Origin: Chloropicon primus
Taxonomy: Eukaryota
Direction of reading: 5' to 3'
NCBI GenBank assembly: GCA_023205875.1
Contig: CP060770.1
Span: 62,001-126,000, forward strand
DNA length: 64,000 bases
The notes below the pieces were generated by a model that was not told the DNA's origin, searched no databases, and worked only from the letters and a program-made list of their open reading frames with translations. Below are positions 9,001-17,893 of this stretch, piece after piece. Numbering within the stretch: the stretch's first letter is position 1; every line of letters begins with the position of its first letter. Position numbers and translations under genes: made by a program.

Positions 9001-11439
9001 CTGCAGAGACCCTTCTCTGATGTCCACCGAGAACGCAGAGTCCTTCGAAGCGATGAAGGTCTTGAATTCCGCCGGGATCAGAGAGGGGTTGTGCATGTAG
9101 AGATGGTACTGGAAGTCCTGCAGGACGGGAATCTTCCCGAACTCGATGGACTTTACCACCTCCTTGGCGTCAGGTCCGGAGCTGAACTCGAGGACGGGTC
9201 CCATGGACCTCGAGGCCAGAACGACTTCGAGTGGCGGCTTGTCTCCACTGCCAACAATGTCGATCAAGACGGGGAGGTTGATGCGGCCCAACCTCGTGGT
9301 CTTCAGGGTGAACTTCACGTCCACGGTATCGTGAGCCCCGATGTCATCCGTGGGCTGGACGCTCGTGTACTCGGCAAGGCCCTTGCTCTGGTCATCCTGC
9401 TCAATCACCTTGAACTTGGCAGGAAGGTCAGAGTCGTTCACGACCTGCAAGGTCGCCTCGTAGGGGTACCCGAGGAAGCAGTCCCCGAAGTCGAGCACCT
9501 CTGTGTTGAGCTTGAGCTCTGGGACGATGCACTCGGCCGACACCTGGATGTTCTTCACCCTATCGCTCGCGTTTTTGGCTTCGATCACAATCGTCGCGTC
9601 GTACTTCTTGATGGCGTGAGAGTTGAGCTCGACCGTGACCTTCTCCTCGCAGGAGGGGAGCAGCCGGCCCTCCGAGGGGTACACCACGAAGTCCTTGTCC
9701 TCCTCCGCGCCGGTGATATGGATCATGTACTCCATCGATATCTCCGAAGTGTTGTGGATCGTGAATTCCTTGATGTACTTGAACCCGTACGCAACGAGAC
9801 CGTAATCGATGTTGTGGCTGCTCACGTCGAAGGTCGGCCCGACCACCCTTCCCCTGAAGTCAAGCATAAGGTTCTCTGACGCCCCCATCACCTTCCACAC
9901 GAAAGACTCTGCGAATTCGCCCAAAATGTCCGACTGGAGGAAAACCTTGATGGTCCTCACCTCGTTCACGCTAAGCAGGCCGTTGTTGGGCTCGAAGCTG
10001 AACCTCTTGCCGAACTCTGTGGTTGGCGGCTCCAGGCAAAACTCGGCCTCGATCTGGCCCCTGTTGTGGATCTCCACCTCGTACTGGTGCAGGGTGTTCA
10101 CGTAAGTGTCCCCCACGTCAAGAACGTCGTAGGAGAAGACCGCCTTTGGCCCGATGCCTTGGCCGGAAATGTACAGAGGCAAGCGCTTCGCCCTGCCTTG
10201 GATCTGCAAGTACGCGATCCTCTGGTGCTCCAGCGGGCCCTGAGGGTAGAACTTGATCGTGACCTCCAGCTCGGACTTGGGCAGCAAGGTCCCCGAAATG
10301 GGCTCGATCTGGTACTGGTTGTCATAAAACTTGTACTTCTCGTTCTCAATGGTCCTCCTCCTCACGTTGAACGTCCTGTGCATCTCGTAGATGGCCTGCT
10401 GCAGCTCGACCACCTTGCCGTCCTCCTGCATCATGTTGGTCTCCAAGCCGCTCAGGGCCTCGGACTCCTCCGAGTCCAGCTCGACCATCGCTCTGTTCCT
10501 CTCGTCCTCGTCCCTGTTCGAGTCCATGTACTGGTGGAAGTCGAACTCCACCGGTATCTTGCTGTTGTTCACGATCTTGAACCTCTTCTGAGACGACCGG
10601 CTGATAAAAGTCGGCATGAGGTACACCTGCTCGTTCAGCAGGGAGACGTCGAGCTCGCAGCCCCCTCCCTCGAACAAGGCCTCGCACACCCTGCCGTCGA
10701 AGAACGTGATGACGATGGGAATGGAGTAAAGCGTCGTGTCGTCCGGGACGAAAGCCACCGAGCACTGCATGCTCTCCCCGCAGTCCAGGGTCGCTTCCTT
10801 TGGCGTCACCGAGAAGGGGCTCTGCGTCTCGATCGAGAAGGCCGCGATCTTCTCGCCCACGTTGTGAATCAGGAACGTCTTCTGAGTCGTGCAGCCCACC
10901 GGGCACATGTCGAAGTTGAAGTAGGAAGGAAAGTCCAGCTCGGCCTGGGCCCCAATCGCACGTATCTGGACCAAGAACTTCTCCCTCTCCGTCACGACCA
11001 CGATGTCGCTCGTGTAGTCGTCCTTGGTCTCGGGCTTGAAGGTGATCTGGTACTTGACCTCCATCCCGGCCGCCACCTTGCTCGTCGAGTCCTTCTTCTT
11101 GCTGTTCTGTATCCTCTTGATCGAGAAGAAGCTCGTCTGCAGAGGCAGGACCTTCACTCGCCTTGCCACCGTATCGATGTTCCTCAGCGACAGAACCGCC
11201 GTGTAAGACTCCAGGGGCTCGTACCCCTCGAACGTTATTGTCGGAGGGAACGGCTGGAACAGTGGCCTCGCAATCGGCACCGCACTCCTCGTCTGCAACG
11301 AGTAATCACTTATGTTCAGGTACTCCAGGATCCTCGGCTCGCTTTCCAACTGCATCGTTCCAGCCTCCACCATCGCCATAGGGGGTCCCTGGTCCTCCAC
11401 CACTCCCTCCTTGAGCGAGGTCTCCGTCATGGGTGCCAT
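1..11439 (-). CDS. HYDIN: Hydin (central-pair axonemal protein, ASH-domain repeats), 3' part runs off window
   Basis: Manual translation from the ATG at 11439 gives MAPMTETSLKEG...PLFQPFPPTITFEGYEPLESYTAVLSLRNIDTVARRVKV, matching the Hydin N-terminus. The same frame is still coding at position 1 (VAITFRPQSPTYYKET). No minus ORF in this frame is listed in the track, consistent with no stop over 11.4 kb (>3800 aa). Confidence 0.92.
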   Translation of the reverse strand, partial: MAPMTETSLKEGVVEDQGPPMAMVEAGTMQLESEPRILEYLNISDYSLQTRSAVPIARPLFQPFPPTITFEGYEPLESYTAVLSLRNIDTVARRVKVLPLQTSFFSIKRIQNSKKKDSTSKVAAGMEVKYQITFKPETKDDYTSDIVVVTEREKFLVQIRAIGAQAELDFPSYFNFDMCPVGCTTQKTFLIHNVGEKIAAFSIETQSPFSVTPKEATLDCGESMQCSVAFVPDDTTLYSIPIVITFFDGRVCEALFEGGGCELDVSLLNEQVYLMPTFISRSSQKRFKIVNNSKIPVEFDFHQYMDSNRDEDERNRAMVELDSEESEALSGLETNMMQEDGKVVELQQAIYEMHRTFNVRRRTIENEKYKFYDNQYQIEPISGTLLPKSELEVTIKFYPQGPLEHQRIAYLQIQGRAKRLPLYISGQGIGPKAVFSYDVLDVGDTYVNTLHQYEVEIHNRGQIEAEFCLEPPTTEFGKRFSFEPNNGLLSVNEVRTIKVFLQSDILGEFAESFVWKVMGASENLMLDFRGRVVGPTFDVSSHNIDYGLVAYGFKYIKEFTIHNTSEISMEYMIHITGAEEDKDFVVYPSEGRLLPSCEEKVTVELNSHAIKKYDATIVIEAKNASDRVKNIQVSAECIVPELKLNTEVLDFGDCFLGYPYEATLQVVNDSDLPAKFKVIEQDDQSKGLAEYTSVQPTDDIGAHDTVDVKFTLKTTRLGRINLPVLIDIVGSGDKPPLEVVLASRSMGPVLEFSSGPDAKEVVKSIEFGKIPVLQDFQYHLYMHNPSLIPAEFKTFIASKDSAFSVDIREGSLQPQESCMLTVTVHVDETMKFLDELHVLILEGDDVCIPLSASGTGTTIRCEELESNMVADIDAVNTKLEFGSQLTNSKFTMEVVLQNMGRRSQNIQWRQNLELLSAVPSMQDKGKQTAAAGFKSNNASMNSAMLALAAINSMKSGIDAMAEEREPMFTVTPDRIKIPPKTACTFTVSGMSPQPGLVEEYLTCEVLAGKTVKPLFDVLVSADVAHPLLEFSADDFYFCYSFSEEEVEPPKSLVETLKVKNISKLAVTFNMKTALPFVVTQPDWTLQPNEEMSVDIMFDMSKVASVQTSEEFSNQILVSYPDNPHKDVLHLRAEVNYPNLSFNVGRVDFGCILNDTLAREHVEVTNMSKVDANFNWWLRLNDQGSKGMSDQSFDILPTSGVVPAGEKCNIEFTFFAQQGTRASATAVCEVMGGPTYEIPITADSSVIKYTVEPKVIDLGPQLYDKVFETDLLLQNTGRVPFEYHIDLDTLSRYGIVEAYPMSGYLQHAQKQVLQLKISAGIPDRIDEFFKLCIAHFEPEKISVQIDGIYPYGVLDLQRLPSEAFTNALSQCRERLQNAGPPAVFAAKAFQGVSQSVFKSEASLQSAGRSSMSVPNTAARVPTSLGASEIGTIMARSDGQYNPSDIEVQAEADRVLLCEDLMNLLYLTPEESEASVDSRSLPRKNIKTILKRNPPAVSHYVLDFGYVVKGTTKTKNFKLENISSTPITFGIDRYALESVGFSMEPKYVIRLPGAYDFGVEDISITLNAKADVVHLGKLEYDLPLDVRKGPNIVIHLRALITMPELQVSRNVLDFGDVQSGHAKTITVAFYNPKEVPCNWKLSKPRNVTPEWENFILKPTQGILNPGETQMVTVTFTPEHNKDGKYEIKLPLKIVRNKKGTNLVCKAVGYTLQMAIEPPYINLGACLPSTTEDTATEQLELEADFEVVNNCDHDVEVIALDVDKQYLIDEEVMREYSRFEQDSQILLEPRYPGQKLWEEMVEEHTEKQKAKEAEENEDPAAKKEAEPEPSQEGKEEGEAVGDLEPVEPEPEPAPKLYVLVSSAECEGSQACCQDQCDLLSQRYQLPVVGIDQLLTEGLEAMKKLKEEAEKNADQEQEEDEGKKKTPDKADKGKKKTPDKADKGKKKTPDKKSKDAQDSPESEEGQYGEALELAATSYASGFILNGLQGSKMEDQKECLNLVLKALKLEREKEADNAEALKYKGSDKLFINVLKLNDNGIPPPVVEASEDGSENAEVEGEPPAEAQEEEKAEAEEPKKAEGEGGDENEEEEEAEPQFIKYEEHRSMFLSVLTGEEEGEMQDTSEYGMVSLHVRDGYLDKDALFDDIIGFRWDMGKLLTTLPQVESDSLMVAEAYTQQLVSIPVMRGIRNPVLHHKLFIQKEVEAEEGKEEEEKEVVLEPASGRWLIPARGSVKLKVKFNSDEVGSFTETLGFEIAAFGIPSNFSALVCQSTCAYPQISQDYRNVFYQKVKTHTKKGANDRILPVVNKQYVVSEQAFEFGPLICGRTLKEEDGEGDATQQNHCGKFRITNCGLFDLDVDFKFKSAMDGGKPSSIFSLKPDKLHLSRDETTDLSVYAFPGEVDKYEDSLVCVIDKNPQPVEFAISCLGAKPYVVVSEEKPEMTEGEPKEEEDTSTPTEACKVDFGRLLLGHRDDRKILVKNPTMMPISWKLSESEALANGLSLSHMEGTIEPEKVDEIIVGFNAINTGEFVQALVMEVRHIVVDGPRVTISEEVDQKVDIEITTEAYEIEVDVSFESKGEEAQKGLDYGLIRAENPCSKPVTIQNKGKYEIGYNVMSRTAKARDLFEFEPKEGKIAPGASTTFTAKFNPTASLKQEMKLHTNSYIAIEILETLTEKTEHTIPVRVDVDAVFSKYVLRPANGLNFGPHVYDTDSEPKTFEILNKGEFDFDFDIVPYRTGSDDEEESAKNAAKGGDLAVGNFNVSPTTGNVKPGESASVTVTFKAEGERTFCEILGMNIQGRDPSDSPGGIPYEIKGESCIPGIETQDVQSIFEEHLVVASVDHFAPLEFESANQTPTFNYSIADREFNFGPVVASLDAVDGDMDDMHVAVANLKITNPTKVPCSVAYSLKARQTGDASSESPITLSPSEAYIPAHEHRYVTLTFNPKSIGTFLSTFEAVVDKGIDGVTRCFTCDVRGEGTLPHIVVEGTKLSSGGAPFTLPTVLFPRILPCRVAQKSIVMKNTGMIPAKFRFEMMQEDEEDTFHLSSAGLSEGKWIEMKPKQSVGFTVEFAPKEAKNFSRNIKFEVQKNPFDSQIIALQGECYTQSLSFENLPGNTEDEIHVPDLPLSGQPYETIFSVISHAQQRVRFEFPEVYRCLAEGEADERENHGITFSPSMGHLEPGERKDIVLSLTPKAAMKLDAHEIALSVSEIKYLDSNSSTEAGSWDNSITVEEKEEPAFETISQSEGAIALKIFAVADNAKPECDAGPINFKSTMMFQSRVYSFSLKNTSTAAMPYSWEVTGGSPGSEDENPYTVTPTSGTIEEGQEHTISVRFSPKEIDESDYARMLVCAIPNLEEGFEPIQRKLTGKATRPWCHFNLPEVDIQSLQHKREDLANLNDSVRVIEFESLGIKVKNTRRFNVYNPTNVSYEFRWDQDPSQNAKDRSSSFRCLTRKGEIQPGKKFEMVFEFIPDAIKASESWWTFSIPRHDISEQFLLFGVVSEPRVMFDRQNIHFGKVLTGTRVNEVVNLVNSEHIPFAFNLDASSYKDSAEEAILQFEPSSGSVQPNSSLPVKIIYIPKKEKLSNYNVTCTVRKKPTKLNLNLKGEGYSVHSSLLLEQSGDMHAQIELASNTVNYVDFGQVLINEKAFKTLTLVNTGDVNFTYMFNVGDGPQNSYMGRGMQYVSVHPDSGTVAKGEKVNLEVAFNPHKPLFLDSLPVVCSIVNGDSYEMRLSGVGYKPRLDFSFTSHDFGPCFIYQDGMKLEQANLVIVNQDERDVSIDLDFEGLEYLDVNISTLCLSPGERQEVAITFRPQSPTYYKET
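5599..5690 (-). repeat. Three ~33-bp in-frame tandem repeats (GKKKTPDKADK) in the Hydin charged region
   Basis: ggcgtcttcttcttcccctt occurs three times at 33-bp spacing. Confidence 0.8.
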
Positions 11440-12896
11440 CGCGATGCTCCTGCTCTCTCTCTCTCTCTCTTCTTCTCCTGTTTGACTTTGATTGGCAATG
11501 CAACCCAAGTGCAGGCCAAGGTAAGAGGAGAGGGGCAACCTTGGTTTGTGCAAGGTCACTCAATCACGGCAAGGTCACACACTCACTTGGCAGTCCTTGT
11601 GTTGTGTGTTGTGTGTGTTTCCCTCTCCCTTCCCTCCTATGCATGCATTGCCTGAACCAATGCAGTTTGAGGAGGAGGAGGAGGAGGAGGAGGAGGATCA
11701 ATCAATGCACACGGCACACCACACACCTTTCCTGCGGCAGCAAAAAGAGTCAGTCGAGCCCACTCCTTCTTTGGCTGTCCGGAGGAGGAGGAGGGGAGGG
11801 GAGAGGAGAGGAGGATCAATCCGAAAACTTCAGCAGGCCAAGGGTGCCGGGACTCACCCCACTGAGCGCCTCTCAAGTTATGACAGCAGTTGGCTCCCTG
11901 GTCCAGCGAGCCACCGAGAGAGAGAGGTAGGCTAGGCCACACGCCAAGGGGTCGTGTCCCGCCAGTCTCTGTCCGTTTCGAGCGTGGCCGGGGTCTTTCG
12001 AAAGAGGAAGACTTGATCCTTCGATGTGGCAAGATGCCAAGGGATGTACTCCAAGTCCTCACCTTGTGTTGCCGGTGTTTGGCCACCGCTTTGGCTCCAC
12101 CTTCAAAGCCCTTTGACCAGTTGAATCCGCACGCACGTCAATTCCATTCAAAACCATTGGAAAATGCGTATCGGGAAATCAGTGTACCATCAGTCCACTT
12201 TTTCAGGAAAACGAACGAATACAACTTCAACAACGGGACGTTTCCAAAAGTAGAATCTGAATCACGAAATCGTAATGAATACGGTATTCTTACACATACA
12301 GGTATTTCAAATGTGAAGTGGATTGAACATTTCCGTCCAGCATAAGTAACGTTATCGACCGACCGACACTCGAGGGAAAAACACACGAGTGAGTGGTCAC
12401 AAACGGCGATCACTACTCTCGTCTCACCGCTTCGACGATGCCAACGAGCGCACTCCGTTGCCTAACGAGAGGGAAGGTAAGGAGCGAAAGGACGAGGGTT
12501 CGACTCCCTCCCAAGTCAACGCCACGTCAACGCCAACGCCAACGCCAACGCATTGCATTTGCAACACGAGAAAGAGAAAGAGAAAGAGGAAAACGTTTTT
12601 TGATGCCAAAACGTTTTTCAGCATCACCACCCCAGCATCACCACCAGCATCACCACCTGCATCACTAGCAGCATCACCTGCATCGTTGAGCTGCTTTGCT
12701 TCTCTTCTCACTCTCTCTCTGTCTCTCGGGATGGTTGTCGTGTTCGAATGGATCTCGACGACGACGACGACGACGACGACGGATCTCCATCTCCTCGTGC
12801 TGATGACCTCTGACGCTGACGATCGCTTGCTTGCTTCTATCTCTCTCTCTCTTTGGTGCTGGGATCATCTTCGTTGTCGTCTTCGTCGTGATCCTA

Positions 12897-12927
<31 letters not shown>

Positions 12928-13187
12928 ATGATGATGGTGGACTTCAGCCTGCTGCTGCTGCGTTCTGTGTGCCTTCGTTGCCTCAAGGAAGTCCGCACCA
13001 CCACGTGAGTGTTGTGAGAGGAGCTTCGAGCAGAGCTTCCTTCAAGCACGCCAAGTTTGGGAACAGCAGCACGAGCTTGCCCCTCTTCACCGCCGGAAGG
13101 AGGTTTGAGAACAGCAACAGCAAGGTCCTCGGGTCCACTGTGAACGCGACGAGAAGAAGCTTCTGGCCGTTCTCCAGGAAGAAGAAG

Positions 13188-13366
13188 ATGGCACCAGTGA
13201 CTGTTCAGGAGGTCGAGGCCGCCAGGGATGCGTGGATCGCCGCCGTCAGGAAGGGATCCGTCGACGAGACCGTCGGATGCTACGATCCCGTCGAGGGAAA
13301 GCTCTTGGGGACCGTGGACCTCGGAGGTAAGCAGCAGCAGCAGCACGGGGAAGGAGGAGGAGGACC

Positions 13367-13397
<31 letters not shown>

Positions 13398-13745
13398 CTC
13401 TCTCTCGCTTCAGCAGCACCCTGACTCTGCTCGCCTTGTCTCGCTTTCAAAGACGTGAGAACCGGAAAGGACAAGATCAGAGAGTACTTTGTCGGCTTCT
13501 TGGAGACGAACTACGACACGGTCGTTCCAAACTTCCCGGCGACGATCGCGGAGGGCGACATCCAGCAGCTCGGCGACGGGACCGTAGCCTACAGCGGGTA
13601 CTACACCTTCGACCTCGGCAAGGGGTCCACCAACAAGGTCGCGAACGCCAAGTTCACTTACATCTACAAGAGAGGCGACGACGGAAGCTTGAAGATCCTC
13701 CTTCACAACTCGGGCTTCACCCCAGCGGGCGCCGTGGAGAAGTGA
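13188..13745 (+). CDS. Iota-class carbonic anhydrase-like / COG4875 (SnoaL/NTF2, CaMKII-association-domain fold); 2 exons (13188-13326, 13453-13745)
   Basis: Spliced product MAPVTVQEVEAARDAWIAAV...KLLGTVDLGDVRTGKDKIREYFVGFL...AYSGYYTF...AKFTYIY...KILLHNSG matches the COG4875 pattern (LLPTVS, IRDYF, SGxYTF, ARYTFVY, HHSS). GT..AG intron 13327-13452 has a CTGAC branch point. Confidence 0.72.
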
Positions 13746-14587
13746 GTGAAGGGTGCGGAGCACCTTGGGCCCCGAGGAAGAGGGCTTTCTTTCCGTGTAG
13801 CAGCAGCAGTAGTTCGGACTTAAACACCCCCATCAAGGAAAGGAATACTAGAATGCTTTAGCTTTTGAGCCACAGACACAGACTTGTTCGGTAGCTCAGG
13901 CCGCCGTCCCTTCCTCCTCCTTCGTTGTAATCGTTGTAACGCCAGAGAGAGAGACAGAGAGAGACAGAGAGAGACAGAACACGATGGATGGGATACGGAT
14001 ACTTGAGAGAGAAAGAGAGACAGAGAGACAATAACAACTCCATGATTGAGCACTCCACTCGAAGCCCTCCCATCCCATCCTGTCATGATCATGATTCCAT
14101 GAACCCCCATCATTTACAATCAAAAAAAATCTCGTCGATTTTCTTCCGTCGTCATGAAAAATTGATGAATTTAGAATGTTACAAAATTCTCGCGCCGCCC
14201 AGAAAACGTTCAAACACACAAGAGCGACGATCGACGACGACGACGACGACGACGAAGCTTGTTAATCCTTCGTCGGTCTCCTTCCTTTGAAGCGTAACGC
14301 TCCCGATCGGATTGCCGTAAACCGTAACGCACGTAACGTCACGACGCGAGCGGTCCGGAGAGAAGAGAGAGTTTTTTTGGGGGGTTGTTGTTGCAACGAG
14401 GGAGGGTAATAGGACGAGGACGACGAGAAGTTTTTTGTTGGGTTTTTGGGACGAGAGCGAGAGCGACGACCCGTGTCGAGTCGACGATAGGTTGCCCTCG
14501 TCGCTTTGTTGTTGTTGTTCTTCTTCTTCTTCTTCACGAGCGGCGCAAAAGGTTTTGTTTTGTTGTTTTGATCGATCGACCGTCAGG

Positions 14588-15496
14588 ATGGACTTCCACA
14601 TGCAGTACCTGAGGCCGGTGAGCACGGCTAGGTCCTCGGACGATACGCCTTTGGGGTTGGAGAGGAGCACGAGTCAGGCGAGCGCGTCGTCGAGCAGCGG
14701 GGAAGGGCCGACGACGACGACGACCAAGAGGAGGGTGCCGCCCTCGCCGTCTTCCGTCCTCGGGGGGTTCACGCGGTTCACCAAGAGCTTGTACTCGTCC
14801 TCGGAGTCCTTGGAGGACGACTTCTCCCGGTGCTCGACCTTGACGAGCCAGTTCTCGTCGTCCTCCAAGCACTGCTCCCTGGAGAGCATCGACGAGGTCG
14901 GGGTCGAGGACAAGGACAAGGTGTTGGATGCCAGGCAATTCCAGTTGTTCTCCAGGCAGTCGTCCTCGCGGAGCTTGAGGAGCCAGGACTCGTTCAGCTC
15001 GAACAACTCGGTGGATTGGCTCAACTGCTACGCGGCGAGCGTCCTCGCCCCGCCCCACCAGTCCTCGTTCGCCTCCCCGGGGAAGGGGGGGAGGCAAGCG
15101 ACTTCGGAATCCGGGAGCAGCCAGAGCTTGTCGGGGTTCAGCTCCCCGGCTCACTCCCTCTCGGGGTTCAGCACCCCGAGCCCGCCCAAGAAGCAGAAGA
15201 GCCGGGAAGCGCGGAGGCCAAGCAGGAAGCAGCTCGCGTGCCAGCTGGACGAGCTGATCTGCTCCATGGACGACAAGATCAGGACCTCCCTCGACAACAG
15301 GAAGGCGGGCGCCAAGCCCGTCGCGGAGACCTTCAGTCCGAGGACGAGCCTGGCTTCCTCTTCGAGGAGCTCGGACGAAGACTCGGACGAGGAGTTCGGG
15401 ATCGAGATAGACGAGGAGAAGGGACTTTTGAGATCCATGGAGAGCCTCTGGTCGGGCCGCTTCGACAGCGGCGACGACGACGACGACGACGACTAG
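14588..15496 (+). CDS. Ser-rich low-complexity hypothetical protein
   Basis: ORF from ATG (MDFHMQYLRPV...) with GC3-biased codons and an acidic tail; no recognisable domain. Confidence 0.6.
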   Translation: MDFHMQYLRPVSTARSSDDTPLGLERSTSQASASSSSGEGPTTTTTKRRVPPSPSSVLGGFTRFTKSLYSSSESLEDDFSRCSTLTSQFSSSSKHCSLESIDEVGVEDKDKVLDARQFQLFSRQSSSRSLRSQDSFSSNNSVDWLNCYAASVLAPPHQSSFASPGKGGRQATSESGSSQSLSGFSSPAHSLSGFSTPSPPKKQKSREARRPSRKQLACQLDELICSMDDKIRTSLDNRKAGAKPVAETFSPRTSLASSSRSSDEDSDEEFGIEIDEEKGLLRSMESLWSGRFDSGDDDDDDD

Positions 15497-15647
15497 GGCG
15501 TTCGAGACTGTCGAGATTGCTCCGCCTGTACCATAAAATGAGAGAAAAAGATATATATGTGTTGATTCGTTTGTACACTTTAATGGCCAACAAAACACTT
15601 TCGTGCTACCCCCAAACAACGCATCGTCGTCGTGTACCTCCTCTTCC

Positions 15648-16341
15648 TCAGCTTTGCTTCTCGTACGACGCGATGAGCTTGGCGGCTTTGTGCTCGACCT
15701 CCTCCTGCAACTCCTTCTTGAATCCGAAAAAGAAGATGATCTCCAGCCACACGAACAGAGGCGCGGACAGCATGGCCTGCGACGAACGAACAAACGACGT
15801 GCGTCCGCAGTTAGCATTTTCAGAAGACAAAGGGAACACGACGACGACGACGACGACACCCGAGATCGAGATCGAGGAGCTCGAAACGTACCTCAGCGAA
15901 TCCATCCATGAGAGCGGGCTTCCTTTTCTCGAAGACCATGTGCCCGGCGTGGATTTGAACCCAAAATCCAAAGACAAAAGCAGCGAGGGCCCAGAGCGAC
16001 GCCGTCTTCGCTTCCATCGCCGTGGCCGCCTCCATCGCCACCGTGTACAGAGGCGCTCCAATAAATACCACCCAAGTCAAACCCGCCGAGTAATCGGCCA
16101 GGGTATACATCACCGAGTACGCTATCGTGGTGGCCATTCCCAGGTTGATCTCTTTGTCCAACACGGGGACCTTCACCTCCACCAGGCAGAACCACACGAG
16201 CACGGCCCACACAATCAAAGGGATGCAGATGACGTGTATGATCTTGTTCCAAGGGTTGTTGTGGTACGATTGGTAGAAAGCAAGCTTCTCACCGAGGAAC
16301 GTGTCCCCGTGGCGTCCCTTTCCCTTTCCCTTGGCCACCAT
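15648..16341 (-). CDS. Mpo1-like / DUF962 ER membrane protein (2-hydroxy fatty acid dioxygenase family); 2 exons (16341-15892, 15776-15648)
   Basis: FYQSYHNNPWNKIIHVICIPLI, QIHAGHMVFEKRKPALMD and APLFVWLE motifs; GT-AG intron 15777-15891. Confidence 0.85.
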
Positions 16342-16377
16342 CGTCTTCCTCTCCAGTAACTCAAAACAAAACAAAAC

Positions 16378-16657
16378 AAACCTGACAAAAACAAAACAAG
16401 TCAATTCAAAGGGTCTCAAATCCTCACCACCGCATCGTTTCGTTCAAGCGACGGCTCATTCGAAAGAGAACGAGATGAATGTCTCATCCATCACCCGCCT
16501 GCGCACCGTGGATGCTTCGTCTTCGCTCCCTTACCTGTGGAGGTGACACCATTCAAAACCTGACAAAAACAAAACAAGTCAATTCAAAGGGTCTCAAATC
16601 CTCACCACCGCATCGTTTCGTTCAAGCGACGGCTCATTCGAAAGAGAACGAGATGAA
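16378..16657. repeat. Direct repeat, ~100 bp near-identical copies at 178-bp period (promoter-unit duplication)
   Basis: aaacctgacaaaaacaaaacaagtcaattcaaagggtctcaaatcctcaccaccgcatcgtttcgttcaagcgacggctcattcgaaagagaacgagatgaa occurs twice. Confidence 0.92.
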
Positions 16658-17245
16658 GCTTCGTTCTGTGAACCTCAAACGCGTCCCAGTCGTCGCTTTC
16701 GTCCTCTAATTACCTTGCGTTCTCCCGGGGTTCCACCTTTTGGAATGGCGGGAACGAAAATTAGGTTACACTGTGAACACCATTCCTTCGGCCTCCAGTT
16801 GTGGATAAGGTGAGTTGGTGGACTTTGGTGTGCGATTGTCCTCCCTTCTCTGTCGGAAGAGGCAAAGAGAGGGGCACCACAGGAAACTACGTCTCACAGT
16901 CTTTCGAATGAGTGGTCGGTTGACCGTTTTTCTCTCGTAACCGCACCGTAACGCTCGCTCGCATTGTGCAGGGCAACTTTTTTGGATAAGATTGTTGAGG
17001 GGTTGGAGGTAGAGGGAGTTGACTGGAGGAGGTAGAGGGATCCAAGGGAGTCGCAGAGCAACGGGCGAGAAGCATCGTGTCACGATCTTTCGATTCGCGC
17101 TTGCTTGCGTCGAGGGACGGTCATTGGGACGCTCATCGTCCACCTTGATTGGTCTAGGGAAGGAGCTCGGCGTTGGAGAAGCTGCTGGTGGTGGTTCTCC
17201 AGAAGATCTTTCTCTCGTGAGTCCGGATGGCCAGGGGGTGAGAGA

Positions 17246-17893
17246 ATGCAGGAGGCAGCGAGGAGGACGAGGAAGGCAGCAGCAGGAACGGGAAGAGCAA
17301 CGATAACGAGCAGCAGGAGGGCAACGAAGGCGGAGGCGGGAAGGACGCGTGGTGCGATGAGTAAGTCCGGGCCCAGGTTGCCCAGGCTGATAGCCTTCGA
17401 CTTGGACGATACCTTGTGGTTTCCAGAGATGTACTTGCTCATCGGTGGGGCTCCCTTCCGAAAGGACAAGCAGGGCAGGTTGATATCGAGCGGGGGCGAG
17501 GAGGTCGAGCTGTATCCAGCGGCCCGCGCATGCCTCAAGGAGCTGGCGACCTCACCCAAGTACAAGGACATCAAAGTCGTGTTCGCGAGCAGGTGCCACG
17601 AGACGGACTGGGCGTACACCTGCATGGACCTCCTGGACGTCTGCGATGGCGTGAGCGTCTCGCAGTGCTTGAACGAGGGCGGCGTGTTCCAGGGCGGATC
17701 GAAGCAGGGCCACTTCGCCGAGCTCAAGAGGCGCACGGGAATCGAATACGAGGAGATGGTCTTTTTCGACAACGAGAGGTGGAACATCACCGAGGTGAAG
17801 AAGCTCGGAGTCACCTGCGTGCACACTCCCAATGGTATGCAAGCCGGGCAGTTCGAGAAAGGCCTCGCCCTTTACGCGGAGAAGTGGGCGTGA
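17246..17893 (+). CDS. MDP1: Magnesium-dependent phosphatase 1 (HAD IIIC)
   Basis: PRLIAFDLDDTLW, ASR, SKQGHF and MVFFDNERWNITEVKKLGVTCVHTPNGM motifs. The start could be 17246 or 17357. Confidence 0.88.
   Translation: MQEAARRTRKAAAGTGRATITSSRRATKAEAGRTRGAMSKSGPRLPRLIAFDLDDTLWFPEMYLLIGGAPFRKDKQGRLISSGGEEVELYPAARACLKELATSPKYKDIKVVFASRCHETDWAYTCMDLLDVCDGVSVSQCLNEGGVFQGGSKQGHFAELKRRTGIEYEEMVFFDNERWNITEVKKLGVTCVHTPNGMQAGQFEKGLALYAEKWA

Noticed and set aside
628..11655. Long + strand ORFs (e.g. 4045-7032, 995 aa; 10066-11655)
   Set aside because: Antisense shadows of GC3-biased HYDIN codons; L/V/R-rich with no domain.
12389..12928. ORFs with poly-T/C/V/R runs
   Set aside because: Produced by microsatellites (GAC, GTT, CT, CAACGC).
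16378..16657. CRISPR-like reading of spaced repeats
   Set aside because: Eukaryotic context, only two long copies, no cas genes.
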